This document shows positions 1 through 20,080 of a stretch of 64,000 nt of DNA, piece after piece. Every line of letters starts with the position of its first letter. Position 1 is the first letter of the stretch. The stretch spans positions 1-64,000 of the forward strand of contig ADNK01003483.1 in NCBI GenBank assembly GCA_000320545.1, written 5' to 3'. Origin of the DNA: Bigelowiella natans CCMP2755 (Eukaryota > Protista > Cercozoa). The notes under the pieces were generated by a model that was given only the letters and a program-made list of their open reading frames with translations, did not search any database and was not told the origin of the DNA. The position numbers and the translations under genes are program-made.

Positions 1-11
1 ACGAGCCTGCA

Positions 12-116
12 CTAACCCTACCTACCTACCTACCTACCTACCTAACCCTAACCCTAACCCTAACCCTAACCCTAACCCTAACCCTAACCCTAACCCTAAC
101 CCTAACCCTAACCCTA
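12..116 (+). repeat. Telomeric (CCCTAA)n array, about 12 units at 41-116, preceded by a (CCTA)n variant tract and one more telomeric unit
   Basis: Direct read of CCCTAA units (TTAGGG on the minus strand). Orientation fits a left chromosome end, but about 11 nt of other sequence precede it. Confidence 0.9.
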
Positions 117-119
117 CGA

Positions 120-900
120 GTGTTCTGCTGATGGGGTTTTGCATCGATTGTGACAATCACCAGATCAGGCAAAAATGTAATTGGCCATTCGGGTTGGCAA
201 AGCAAACACGCACTTTTTTTGTCACGCACGATGAGGATTGTTTCTCATGCATTGAATGCAAGTGGCGCCATGGTCATCACGTCATGCTCAATGTGTCCGT
301 TGTTCACATTGTGCACGCTGGCACGCGCCACGGTCTCACTTGAAGCCGCTCCGAATGTTCACAGTTTGCAATTCATTGGAAGTGTTGCAATGTTGCAAGT
401 GCAAACTTATTGCGTTGCAGCACGATTGGCATGTGGATCAGGATCACTGCCGCCTTGGTGTTCTGAAGCCAATTGGCAATTTGGAGACCATCTTTTGAAC
501 ATCCGCTGGCTTCGCTCCGATGCATCCCGCTACAAACTTCTTGGCCTTGATTGCCAACAAGAAGAATGAGCTTTTCTTGGAAGCAAATTTCTGGTACAGA
601 ATGGCTAGAGCAAATGCTGTAGCAACGGCTTTCCTCTCATTGACTGATTTTGAGGTGATTGCGGTAAATCCAGCATCTCTCCAGGCAGCAGTCACCATTG
701 ACTTGATTTTGATCTCATCAGCGATGTTCTGAACTCCAAGCGTTGATGCGATTTGGAGGAGGATGATGCCCAACTCCCAGGAACCATCCGGCTGCTGAAG
801 TTTTACAAGCTCTTCCTGTGCGATGGGATGCACACAAGCAAAATGATTTTGTTGCGTGTGGTGTTGTGAGTTTGTGTTGCATCCCTGTGACATTCCTGTG
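120..900. other. TpA-depleted island 1 (subtelomeric)
   Basis: About 8 TA dinucleotides in about 780 nt, none in 180-407. TGCA/CATG/CACA are rich and CpG is retained. Confidence 0.8.
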
Positions 901-1068
901 AATTGTGTTTTTTGGTAGTTTCTTACGCACCATCAGCTCCTGAGATTGTCTGTGACCTAAGGCCGCTATCTTGTTATTCATTTCCTCACGTTCTCTCTGT
1001 TGCACAATGTAGTAATCAAAATTCATCGGCACCTCAAACCGGAAGAAAGTTAAAAACCGATGAAACAT
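444..1068 (-). pseudogene. C-terminal fragment of a VWA5A/PARP4-like (VIT-vWA family) protein, probably decayed
   Basis: LVKLQQPDGSWEL...AVATAFALAILYQKF...FLLAIKAKKFV matches the LQxxDGSW / ATALA / L..KA..W C-terminal signature of VWA5A-type proteins. The upstream part is in another frame (718..1068) and no VIT or vWA domain is visible. Confidence 0.55.
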
Positions 1069-1742
1069 TCAGCATCACATGTACTATTGGGCATCCAGGT
1101 CAGAGATCTTAGTGCTGGCATCATAGTTTCAGTCACAATTTGAAGAATTAAAGAATTTACATTTGCGCATGTCATTAGGATTCAAATTGAAGACTTGCAT
1201 GTGCATCTGGATGCTTTACCTTATACATTTTTAGCAGAGTACGTCGCTGGAAAATGGCACATAACAGCGTGAATTATATTAAATAAACACTATTCAGCTT
1301 GCTCTCTCTTTCTTTCTATACAACAGTAAATACTCATATGATAAACCTCATCCCCAGTCACACAAGCGAGCAGTTTTTTCCTCTCATCCTCCTTTGAACT
1401 CTAAGGTGATATCATTTTTAAAACGCCGTCATGTATATTTGTGCTCTTCTCTTCTTCTACTACTTCTTCTGATTAATTAGGAAAAGAGGGAGACTAGAAC
1501 GTGCATGGCATAGAATACTACATAGCAACAGCATTAAAAGTTTACACCGATGTGAGATACGACATTAACAGAAACGGCGCGCTATTTCTTTGATACACAA
1601 CTAATTTCCTGGCACGAAAACTATCGTTATCCTTTATCAAAAGCAGAAGTTAAACGAAAAACTACTGCTTCTACTAATACTACATATAGGGTGAACTGAA
1701 CTGTAGGGGTTAGTTGTTCCAAGGTAGTACATTTCATTCTAT

Positions 1743-9491
<7,749 letters not shown>

Positions 9492-10263
9492 GGCACAAGC
9501 CCAATAACGAAGACACCCTTGTGCAAGAGCACACGAACAGCAAGGGGCAGGTTGCCGTTATATTGTTGTCATTATTTGCTCATTAATGTCATGCAATTTG
9601 TACTTACGACAAGTACTGAACCATGATGATGCCTTCTCAATTATACTTACGACAAAGACTGAGCTCACATGTAATAATGCCATGGAATGCTGTGTAATTT
9701 CTACTTAACGACATGAGTAGGAAATGCATCATGCAAATTAAACAGAGTCAGAAATTATCCCACTCTCGGAACGATCTCCAGATTGAACGAATCACGTAAT
9801 CATCTCCGGGAGGAGTTCCTCGGCCCCTGCACGCACTTTTAGAACAGGTGTACATTTTTTGACTACGACATGAATATTCATTTGTCGTTTCCTCTTTGCG
9901 CTTCACAAACTGACTGCGCAAGAACTCCATTCTGGTGCGCCCGCCCACCCCTTTCGCAACAAGATTAGCCTGTTTGTATTACTTACTCTGAATTACCGTT
10001 TTACAGTTTTGTACTTTCACTTGTTACTTCCATAGCTCTTTTGATGTTGCATGGGAAAATAAAGTTATCGTAGAGATCTCGTCTCCTGTAACTTTCCATT
10101 GACAGCAGCCAGATAGTTATGTTCACTAATTCTCTCTCGTTTGTATGATGAAGGAAGGAGGTGTATTAATGAGTAATTCTTTACTAATATTGTTGCACAA
10201 ATTAAATAGAAACGTAACCATTTCGTTTGTATTAATATTGTGTTCCACAAATGAAACAGAACG

Positions 10264-10494
10264 ATGTCAAAGACTTCCGGGCCCGATCTTACCAAGTATA
10301 TGGACAAGAAATTGTTCATCAAATTGAATGGGAGTCGTGCAGTCTCGGGAACTCTACGAGGATTCGACCAATTCATGAATTTAGTTCTCGAAGACACTGT
10401 AGAGGAAGTTTCGGAAAAAGAGCGAAACCCAATAGGAATGACTGTTATCAGAGGGAATAGCATCGTTATGGTCGAGTGCGTCGAAAAACTGTAG
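10264..10494 (+). CDS. SNRPG: Small nuclear ribonucleoprotein G (SmG), intronless CDS
   Basis: PDLTKYMDKKLFIKLNGSRAVSGTLRGFDQFMNLVLEDTVE...IGMTVIRGNSIVMVE has the Sm1 and Sm2 motifs of SmG. Confidence 0.97.
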   Translation: MSKTSGPDLTKYMDKKLFIKLNGSRAVSGTLRGFDQFMNLVLEDTVEEVSEKERNPIGMTVIRGNSIVMVECVEKL

Positions 10495-10655
10495 GAGGAC
10501 ATATGACAAATAATGTTATACTAGTTTACATGCGGCTTCATGTTCTCAAAACAAGCATGTGTTTGTGTCTGTGTATAATGATCACGATCGTGTATTGGAT
10601 GTAAAATGATGCAGCCTATTGCTGGAAAAGTGAAATGCGTAATATACACATAATA

Positions 10656-10698
<43 letters not shown>

Positions 10699-10739
10699 AT
10701 TACTGTGTCTATTATCATTCTCTAACTCCACATCGAAGC

Positions 10740-11870
10740 GGCTAACTAACCCGATCACAACAGCACTTCGCATCATGCTAGCATGCTTGCATGCACTAGT
10801 GCATGGTGCACATTATTTAGCGCATGCAATATCCACTCGCATGCAACAAAACAATAACAATCTGGCAATGTGCAAAATGATGATGGGACATGCATGACAT
10901 TGCAGATCGAAACAACATGTATTTGATTACATGAAACACATCATGTATATGTAGCGGAGCGCGAGACCAAAGAACGTACAGATTCGATCATTGTGGTACA
11001 TCATAGCGCTGTACGTGACATAGCCGCTGCATTGCATGCATGCTGCACAGCTACGCACGTACATATGAGGATGACCATTGGACAAATTCAATTGATTGAT
11101 TACATCCGTGTGTGCATAGTGCACAATTTGCATGCAATCCAGTCGCAAAACAACATGCAACACTAGAAGCATCTAGCAACGTGACAGCTTGTCGTGCATG
11201 CATAGCTTGTAATGTATACGTGCAAAATGACGATATGATGGATCGATCAAGCATGTGCATGAGCTAGATTCGGCAGTGTACACAATGCGACGATGAAAAG
11301 ATTGCATTTCATCAATGGCTATCCTCATGTGCGTAGCCATCTAGCTAGCTAGCTGTCTTGACAAAGCAGCTACTGCTGCAGCGCTCGCTTGTTGCATTTG
11401 TTCATTTTGTTTGTGACGATCGTATTAGTCAAGTGCATTTTGCTGTTTGCATTGGCCCATGCAATGATGCGACGCCAGACACAAATGAGCAAGCTAGCTA
11501 CTATGAATATACTACTAGCAGCTAGGCAGACAGCTGCATGCGCGCGATGATCGAGCTAGGATGCAAGGAAATGTGAGGCAGCGGCCGCAAGTGCACGTGC
11601 CATGTGCAAAGCACACGTGTTTTGCGCAAGGTGCGCTAAATGAAGTCTTGCTAGCTTGTTCCTGCTCAAAATCAATGGACAAGCCGTATCTCGCTTCGCG
11701 TGCTGTGGCGACGACACTGCTTATCATGACCATGTGAGTGCATGTATGAGGTCAATCTATACTCGTCAAACTTAGCAGAGACGTCGAAATGTCGTGTGCA
11801 TGATCGACAGCGTGCGTGCAAATGCATGTAGTGCATACACAGCGTTTAATTTTGCCTGGTCGCACGGGTA
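10740..11870. other. Partially TpA-depleted, CTAG/TGCA/CATG-rich island 2 (convergent intergenic)
   Basis: Many gcatgc/tgca/ctagctag motifs. Non-CTAG TA is scarce, especially at 11340-11750. Confidence 0.7.
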
Positions 11871-11889
11871 CAAGAAGACGACGATAATT

Positions 11890-14376
11890 TTAGGACACGT
11901 TTCCATGCTTCTTCTGATGAGCTAGATTCGCTGACATGCGCTTTCTGATGCGATCCCAAACCAATTTACCATTCATCTTTATGTAGAAGATCCTTGAACC
12001 AGGGATGAAGAAGTCACCAGTCACCCCCTGTTTCTGCCTATGAAAGTAAGCGAAGAGAGAGATTTCCTTGAGGCCCTTGAATCGGTCATGATATACTAGC
12101 GTGACCTGGCGAGTGTCTAAGCTGTTGTCGTACTGTAAATTTTTCAGCATTTGCTCAATCGTAAGCATCCGGCTGACATCGTTAAGACCAAGCTTGCAAT
12201 CCTCCTCTTTTGTTTTAGCCCTTTCTAGGAGCTGCCGTTCGATTTGGCTTTCAGGCTTCTTTCCGTTTTTATTTTTGTTGATACGACGTTTCTTCGTCTC
12301 AGTTGTATTACCAGCATAGTACTTGTAGTCGTTGTCATAACGTAGTTGCAAGGTGGCCAGGTTATGCAAGTCTTTGCTTCCATTTTGATGCTGGACAACA
12401 TTAGTCTTTGGACAACTTCCATCTTTCTGTATTATTACCCCCTTCTTCGTCTCACCACCACATTCCTTTTCCTCTTCCTCCTTCTCCTCCTCCTCAACAC
12501 CATCATAACCATGATTACTTTTAGCTATCTTTTGGTTGTTTTTCTTTTTTTTTTTCTTGATGTTGTATGGTACAAGGGCCAGGAAGTCTTTCACTGGCAC
12601 CTTTGTCAGCTGAACATCAAAGGCAACATAACCGTCGCCTCTCGCAAGCTTTGCTTCTAAAAGTGTGCGAATATCGGCAATTGCTGCAGAAAGGTCATTG
12701 CGCAGTTGGGGAGGTGTTGCACTACGTTTCCGCAGACGTTTTATATGTACCGACTTGGTACCCGCTTTGAGAGACAAGCGTTGACCCCTCATAGTATTGT
12801 TACTACTGCTGAACGTATGATGATGATTATCTCTCCTCTTACCTCGTTTTTCATTTGCTTCTTCTTCTACTTCTTCTTTTTTTTCTTCTTCTTCTTTTAG
12901 GCAATTATGATGTCGACTGCCATTTGCTACTATAACCTTCCTGGTCATCTGTTTTTTAACTTCTCCCCCTCCTCTTACTTTTACCTCTGAACTCCTATTA
13001 GTAATCTTAATAAATACGCAGAAACCGTTTCCCAATGCCGTATCTCGACGATATCGGCGGGGGAAAGGCCGTGCCGAGATAGAGCTTGTCATGTGCTGTA
13101 GTCGAAGAAGCATTGCTGGTATTTGACTCTCCATCCACCCACCATACCTAACGTACGCGTACGAAGTGAAGAAAGACGAAGTAATGGTAAGAATCTTAGC
13201 GGTTGTAACCATGGAAGTAAGTACATTCATATGTTATCATCATGATGTGTGTTGTCATTTTCTTGCTTACATGTCAACGTCGTGATTCTGAACAGCAGAT
13301 ACTCCTATTCTTATGTACAGAAAACGCTTGTGTTGCTCCAATTCCACTTTTTTTTCCCGCATCATCATCCTCATCTTCATCTTTTTCGCTTCTTCGTGTT
13401 TCTTTTTCAGTTTTGTCTTTATTGAGTCTGCAGCACCTTTATTGGTGTCATTATTGTCGGTAATACATTCACGAATAGCTTCATTGTGTACTCTGTTACC
13501 CTTACAACAACTACTACTAAAACAACTACTACTACGATATTGGTCAACAACTTGCCACTGTTTTTATTACTTTATTACCTCTAACGCCGCTGGAAAAGGA
13601 GGAAGATGAGGGGGAGGAGGAGGGAAGGGTGCTGATAATACCAAAAAATGGTAGGTCCTCGTCTTGAGTAAGATAAACTGCTGTTTGCGTATTGTATGCT
13701 TTTCGAAAAGCTTTTTCGATAATCTGCCGTGTGAAAGGAGTCGCAGCCCGGCAGGTGTTGGTATAAGGCATGGGGGGGACAAGCACTGCCATAGCTTCTC
13801 TTCGAGCCATCTTATAATAGCTAATTAGGATTAGATACATGTCAAATGATAAATTGTGTCGTCTTCTTCTTTTTCTCTATCAGCATTCCAGTTTTCAACG
13901 TGGTACTACGTATATAATATAATTGATTTAGTAGTTAGTAGCTGTTAATTACTTCCTCTTCTACTAGTATGATACATTATTGTATTAGTAGGTTTGTTGG
14001 TACGGTACTACGTACTTTGACTGCTGCTGCTGCTGCTGCTGCTGCTTGTGCTGAAACAAATTTAAGCCGATTGGATCCTTCTTGAAGTTCCAGTGACAGT
14101 AAAGTCCGAAAAAATGGCTCAACGCTATTTGTTTCCTCTTTGCGTCAGCGGCAAAAATAGCAAGAAGACCCGCTTTGGCCCTCAAATCAGCAAGACTCTG
14201 AAGAACCATCACACATAAACTAATTCCTCCAAGGAGACCGTACTTCTTCGCGTAAAGCCCCTTTGCAATAGCCCATGATTTAGCTCTTGCAAAAACGAAC
14301 CTTTATGATAGATAGTGGTTTGTGTAGTGATAATTAGCACGTACGTACTAACTAGTAGTAGCAGTATTGGTGGGGT

Positions 14377-14413
<37 letters not shown>

Positions 14414-14664
14414 CAACATAGTAGGACAATAACAGGAGAATGAGGAGGAGGAGGAGATGGGGGAGAAAGTAGAAGAGGAAAGGTACATAGGTGAGATTTT
14501 CTCCCTCCTTGTCGTTTGTCGTTGTTTCACGATGTTCCTAGATGATTTCATGCAGTAGTAGCAATAATACCGGAAAAGGGATTTGAATCCGTTATGATCA
14601 TCCTCATCTTCCTCCGTAATCCCCTTCTCCTCCTCTTCCTCTTCCTCCACCTCACTTTTACTGG

Positions 14665-14703
<39 letters not shown>

Positions 14704-15090
14704 TACCCTCGATCTCTCTCTCCAGTATGATAGAGGTGCGCATACTCATCAGAGAACAACGCGACGATTCATCAAGTCGTGGTAGTAGCTTTCGGAAAAA
14801 ATTCGAGTCTAACTGTGCTGCTGCTGCTGATTCTTCTAATCTTGATGAGGGCGATGAAAAATGTGACGACAATGCAGATATAAACGACGAAGAAGGTGAT
14901 ATCATCGAACGGTCTATTGATGGTAGACGGCAGTATTGTACCTATTATTATTTTTATATTATTATTATATCATTATTATCATTCACGTGACAGATTATAG
15001 AAAGTAGTCAAAAACGAATAGAGGGGAGGAGGGAAGCACTGTATGTTTGTGATAGCGTGCAAGTAGTATGATAAATCAACGATATAGGGC

Positions 15091-15124
<34 letters not shown>

Positions 15125-16125
15125 ATAGTAGTAATTGAATTTAGGTTCTACATCAAAAATATTGGAATATTGAATTACACAGCACTTTCCTAAATTATTT
15201 CTCCTTTTTTGATCTGTTTTATTCCTTATTTTCCATCCATCAATCAATCATCACAAGTCATCGTCTCCTTCCCTCTTCCCCTCTCATCGTTTATATATTA
15301 TACCTCGAAGTCAATTTGTCTGAAGGTGAATTTGAGGATAGGTACGAGGGAGTTTACGAGCTCAATACTGGTGGAATTCACCAGTAGTTGTTGCCGCGTT
15401 AATCCTTGACGAAAAATATCGAAGAAGTCGTCCCGATCCAAGTTGCCATAGCACACGATATCGACGTCCGACTCGGCATCTTTGTAAGGTGGTGGTTTAT
15501 TGCGCATATTATAATATTACGTGTTACGATGACGACTACTACGACGAAGGCGACAAAGGACGATGATGACGTTTCCAAAGTGTAAAAGTGATTTAGCTAG
15601 TAGAATGTGTAGTAGTAGTAGTAGTAGTAGTAGTAGCAGTGGCACGGATTAATCTCCACAAACCATCATAATCATAAAATCTAAGTGAGTGAGTGAGTGA
15701 GTGAGTGAGTGAGAGAAGACCTACTATTACTGCTGCTGCTACTACTACTACTACTACTACTGACACTCACTACCTGCAGTGCCAAGGCGTTGAGATCCAA
15801 TGACAACAGCCTGCACGAAGACGTTCATCATCGCATCTATCTCCTCTGTACTACCACCACTACTACTACTACTACTACCACTACTACCACAACCCCCCGA
15901 GATGTTCCTATAAAAGTGCGACCGAATTTGGTCGCAAACGGCTTTTGTTACATCCTTTCGATGGAGTTTATCCTGCTTTGACAGACGACGTAGTTGGTTC
16001 AGTACGGCTTGATGTTGTCGTTGTTCTTCTTGAAGAGGTGGTGGCAGCAGCAGCAATTTGTTGTAGATTTGTTGTGGTCGGTGCTTCGATGATTTGGCTG
16101 CTGCTACCAACAATGCTGACCCTGG

Positions 16126-16159
<34 letters not shown>

Positions 16160-16694
16160 TTTTTGCTCGCACTACCACTCAACGTGTAATAATCTGTTTC
16201 TTCTCCTACTGCTCCGAAGGAGGGTGGGATAGTTCTATGCTGTTGTTGTCGTTGTCCTGGCAAACTGGTAGTAATAGCAGTTGAAAAATAAGCAATGATT
16301 GGACTGTGATCGGTGAAAGGAATATTCTTGCTAATGCTTCTTGAATCTCGTATTCTCTGTCCTCGTTCGATTGTTTGCTCCCCCCCTTTGATATCGTGAT
16401 CCTCCTCCACATCTGTCGCGAACGGTGAGAGGACTTCCATGCGAACAGGCTGTATCAGAAGACATCGTTTTCTTCAAGATGTGAAATATCTTTTATTTAA
16501 TACAATTTTTCAACAGTTATATTTCTCCTTCTGCTGTCTTCTTTTTCTTATCTTCCTTAATTTCTATTGTATGGAACTACTATCACCAGCACCTACCACC
16601 ACCACCACCACCACGACCCTAATATCGTCAGTAATTACTTTTAGTTTTGATTACCGTGAGAAGGCGTAACACGCCCTGTAAATGTCCATTTTCC

Positions 16695-16733
<39 letters not shown>

Positions 16734-17239
16734 GGTGAAGAAGTGCTATGGAAGAGGATCCGATCAAAGCGATATTTCATGCCTGTCAGGATGATAATGA
16801 TGATGATGATGATAAAGAGTCACATGATGGTGAAGACGACAAATGTAACACACACGCACACGCAATAATTGTAGCATAAATAGTCGCTCTCTCCTTCTCC
16901 ATGAACGTCGTCATGACAACAAAGGAGAAAATAGTGTGTTGGTACTTCAACAGTGTATTGTTATTATTTAAATCAGAGTGGTTAAGGTATAATTAAAAAT
17001 CATGAGAAATAGACAGTATTAGACACACCTGTCTTTGAGAACGCCTTCGCTATCACGTTTGTGCTCGGATCGAACGTATAACCTGCATCATCATCAAGCG
17101 ACGAATGACAACACCAACAAATAAAAAGGAGACACCTTCGTCATGTCCAACACAACGAGGATAATGCTGCTGCTGAGAATATGCTGCTGCTCTGCTACAT
17201 GATGACATGATGATGACACGATGATGACATGATGATGAC

Positions 17240-17271
<32 letters not shown>

Positions 17272-18368
17272 GGTGGTTGTGGTGATGATAATGATGAAGA
17301 AGAAGAGGAAGAGGAAGAAGAGGTAGAAAGAGGAAAAAACACATATGAGGAAGATGATGACGCTCTGTGTTTCCTTCGTTATTGATAAATTGTGTGCGGG
17401 GGAAGTATATCAATATTTCGGTTCTATCTTCTTCTCACTCACCCGGTGAATTATTGTAGATTTCGAGCCATGTATCCTTCCAATCGGGCTAAATAATAGA
17501 TGATAAGTACTATTATACCTCATATGCTGCTGCTGCTGCTGCTGCAAGGGTTACTACGTAGTGATGCCACATACATGTAGAGCTTCATCCTCAGGATGAC
17601 GTCCATCACCATAGTTGAAGTCTCCTTTTTATTGTACATCAATGTACATCATTCTTTTATTCTGCCGCATCGTAATAATATGGCGAGATTAACAATTTGT
17701 ATTTTTAAGAGTCGAAGTATTGTGCGTTTCTTTCCAGCTTATTGCTCTTCCTATCCCCCCCCCCCCCCCCCTCCTCCTCCTCCTCCTCCTTCTCAATGTT
17801 GCCATCAGGATCATGAATATTACCACAGATGAGGCCTCCCGCCACTTGTTTGCTGTCTTCGTAACTGTCATTGCCCTTCTTCGCTACCAGAGCACAGCTA
17901 CATGTTGTGGTCGTATTACAAGTAATAATAAAAATGTGTACGTAGAATTGTATTGTTGTATGCGTGATGGTAGTAATAATAATAATGTGTACGGAGGAGG
18001 AAGAACATTAGGGTAGAGTTGAACGATGACGAGTACAATAATGCAAATGACTGTGCTGTAAGAAACAAATAGAGAGCAAGCCAAGTAGTAGTAGTAGTAG
18101 TTACATCTTTCGAATTTGCTTGACTCTCTTTGAGCTGTTGTCCTGACCACTGAAGAAGAAGAAGAAGAAGGCATAGAGTAGTATAATGTAATGTGAGTGG
18201 GAAATGAATGATCTCAATCCTTCTCATATGCTGCTGTTTCTCATTACTTTTTCTGTTAACGATCAATAAATTGTGATTAATGAAATATTATTGACGATGT
18301 AGTTCAATCATGGAAATAATATGGTTATGAGATTATCATCATCATCATGGAAATAACATAGTTATGAG

Positions 18369-18401
<33 letters not shown>

Positions 18402-18723
18402 TTTATCATCATAATCTTCACCTGGTCAAGTGCACATTCCAGATGTTGTATGATGACCTGTTGCGTGACGATAATTAGAGACGGCCAAAATATACACTTC
18501 ACTACAGATACACACACGCACATACACACACACACTCACACACACTAAATACGACCATCATTTTCATCGTCATCATTACGTGTTATCCATCAAGTTTCGC
18601 ACGATGTGTTTGACATATGATCCACATCATCCTATTTGCTAAATGACACGCGAGCATATGATGCGGCTCAAGAAAACATATGTACAAAGAGAGAGCGACA
18701 AGAATAAGGAGAATAAAGCAATG

Positions 18724-18771
<48 letters not shown>

Positions 18772-18812
18772 CGATCTTTGAGTAGAATACGTGCGCAAAT
18801 AACCTGGTAACA

Positions 18813-18843
<31 letters not shown>

Positions 18844-19024
18844 CATTCACCACCATCATCATCGTCATGTACAAGTGTATATACTGCTGCTGTAGACATC
18901 AGAAGTACCTACCCGTTTAATTGAATCAAGTATGTGTATTTTGGAACATGCGGGATTGAGTGGTAGCTTTGAGAATATCACTTGTCCGTATGGAATTACC
19001 TAATGTCATAGTAGTGATTGTGAA

Positions 19025-19059
<35 letters not shown>

Positions 19060-19505
19060 CGATGATGATGATCATAACAGATATCCGAAGTTGATGATGT
19101 TATAATTAAGGCATTTAAAGACACAAGTAGTAGCTCATGTTTGCATGTATGCGCAACAACCTCCCAGCAGAAGAAGTCCTCCTTGCATTTTTTATCGCTG
19201 CTCTCTTTAATACTCGTAGATCCCCAGGGGAGGCCACCGACCATGTACGAATATCTGACAAGTGGTAATAGTAGTAGTAGTAGTAGTAGCAAATGTTGTA
19301 TATAATAATATAGATAAGATATTGGTAGTAAAAGCAAGCCTAAAGGTAAAATTATGAGGAAGAGAGCAAAGAACGGAGGAATGAGAATAAATAACTGAAG
19401 ATAGATGATAACATTAGGAATGGGCTGGAAAGCAAAGCACCACCAGGGAGCAAGTAAATGACGACGTTGCTTTTGATCCATACAAAATATAAGGGTTGTT
19501 TGCCC

Positions 19506-19539
<34 letters not shown>

Positions 19540-19603
19540 GCATTACTACTCTCCCTTCGCTCAATCATAGAAAAGTCATGTATAATTGGTGAGAGAGGGA
19601 TAT

Positions 19604-19659
<56 letters not shown>

Positions 19660-20080
19660 AATACATCTACTACTTGTCGCAAATTAGCGTGCTTTTCAGC
19701 AGCCGTGTTAAGATCGGTGCTGTTACTTCTTGGAGGCATACGACATCAGCGTTGCTGGACGAGATTACAGAAATAAGGCCTTTTGTGCGAGCTTCATCGT
19801 GCTTCTCAAACTGTTTGGATAAGAGAATCAGCGATGTGGAGAGAAAAATGAGAGAGAAAAATGAATCTAAAAAAACGAGTAGTGATTCAGAATCCTTCTT
19901 TCTTCCTCTCAAAGGAGAGAAAAAGGAATCTAAAAAATCGAGTGATTCTGAATCCCACTTTCTTCCTCTCATTTTTCATATATGATATTCTATATCGCCT
20001 CGTACACTCTTATACATACCGTTATATTTTACCTCTGTATTGACTAAGAATTTGTCAAATAGAACGTTGCACGAAAATAT
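11890..20080 (-). CDS. Multidomain RNA-end processing protein: EEP (TDP2/ExoIII-like) + poly(A) polymerase-like nucleotidyltransferase + C-terminal MJ1316 (DUF504) domain; 5' start upstream not resolved
   Basis: EEP motifs: SCNVLFD (~20060), ADVVCLQEV (~19730), PYGQVIFSKLP, NVHLTS, GLICGDFN (~17620), GYTFDP, RFDRIL, TDHSPIIAYF (~16310). PAP motifs: GSQRLG, SDVDIV, VPILKF, AKSWAIAKGLYAKKYGLLGG, MAVLVPPMPYTN, GWMESQI...ARPFP. MJ1316: MLTIEQMLKNLQYD...YHDRFKGLKEI...IPGSRIFYIKMNGKLVWDR. Confidence 0.85.
19852..19970. repeat. Intronic ~58-bp imperfect tandem duplication
   Basis: gagagaaaaa.gaatctaaaaaa.cgagt...gattc.gaatcc..ctttcttcctctc occurs twice. Confidence 0.8.
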
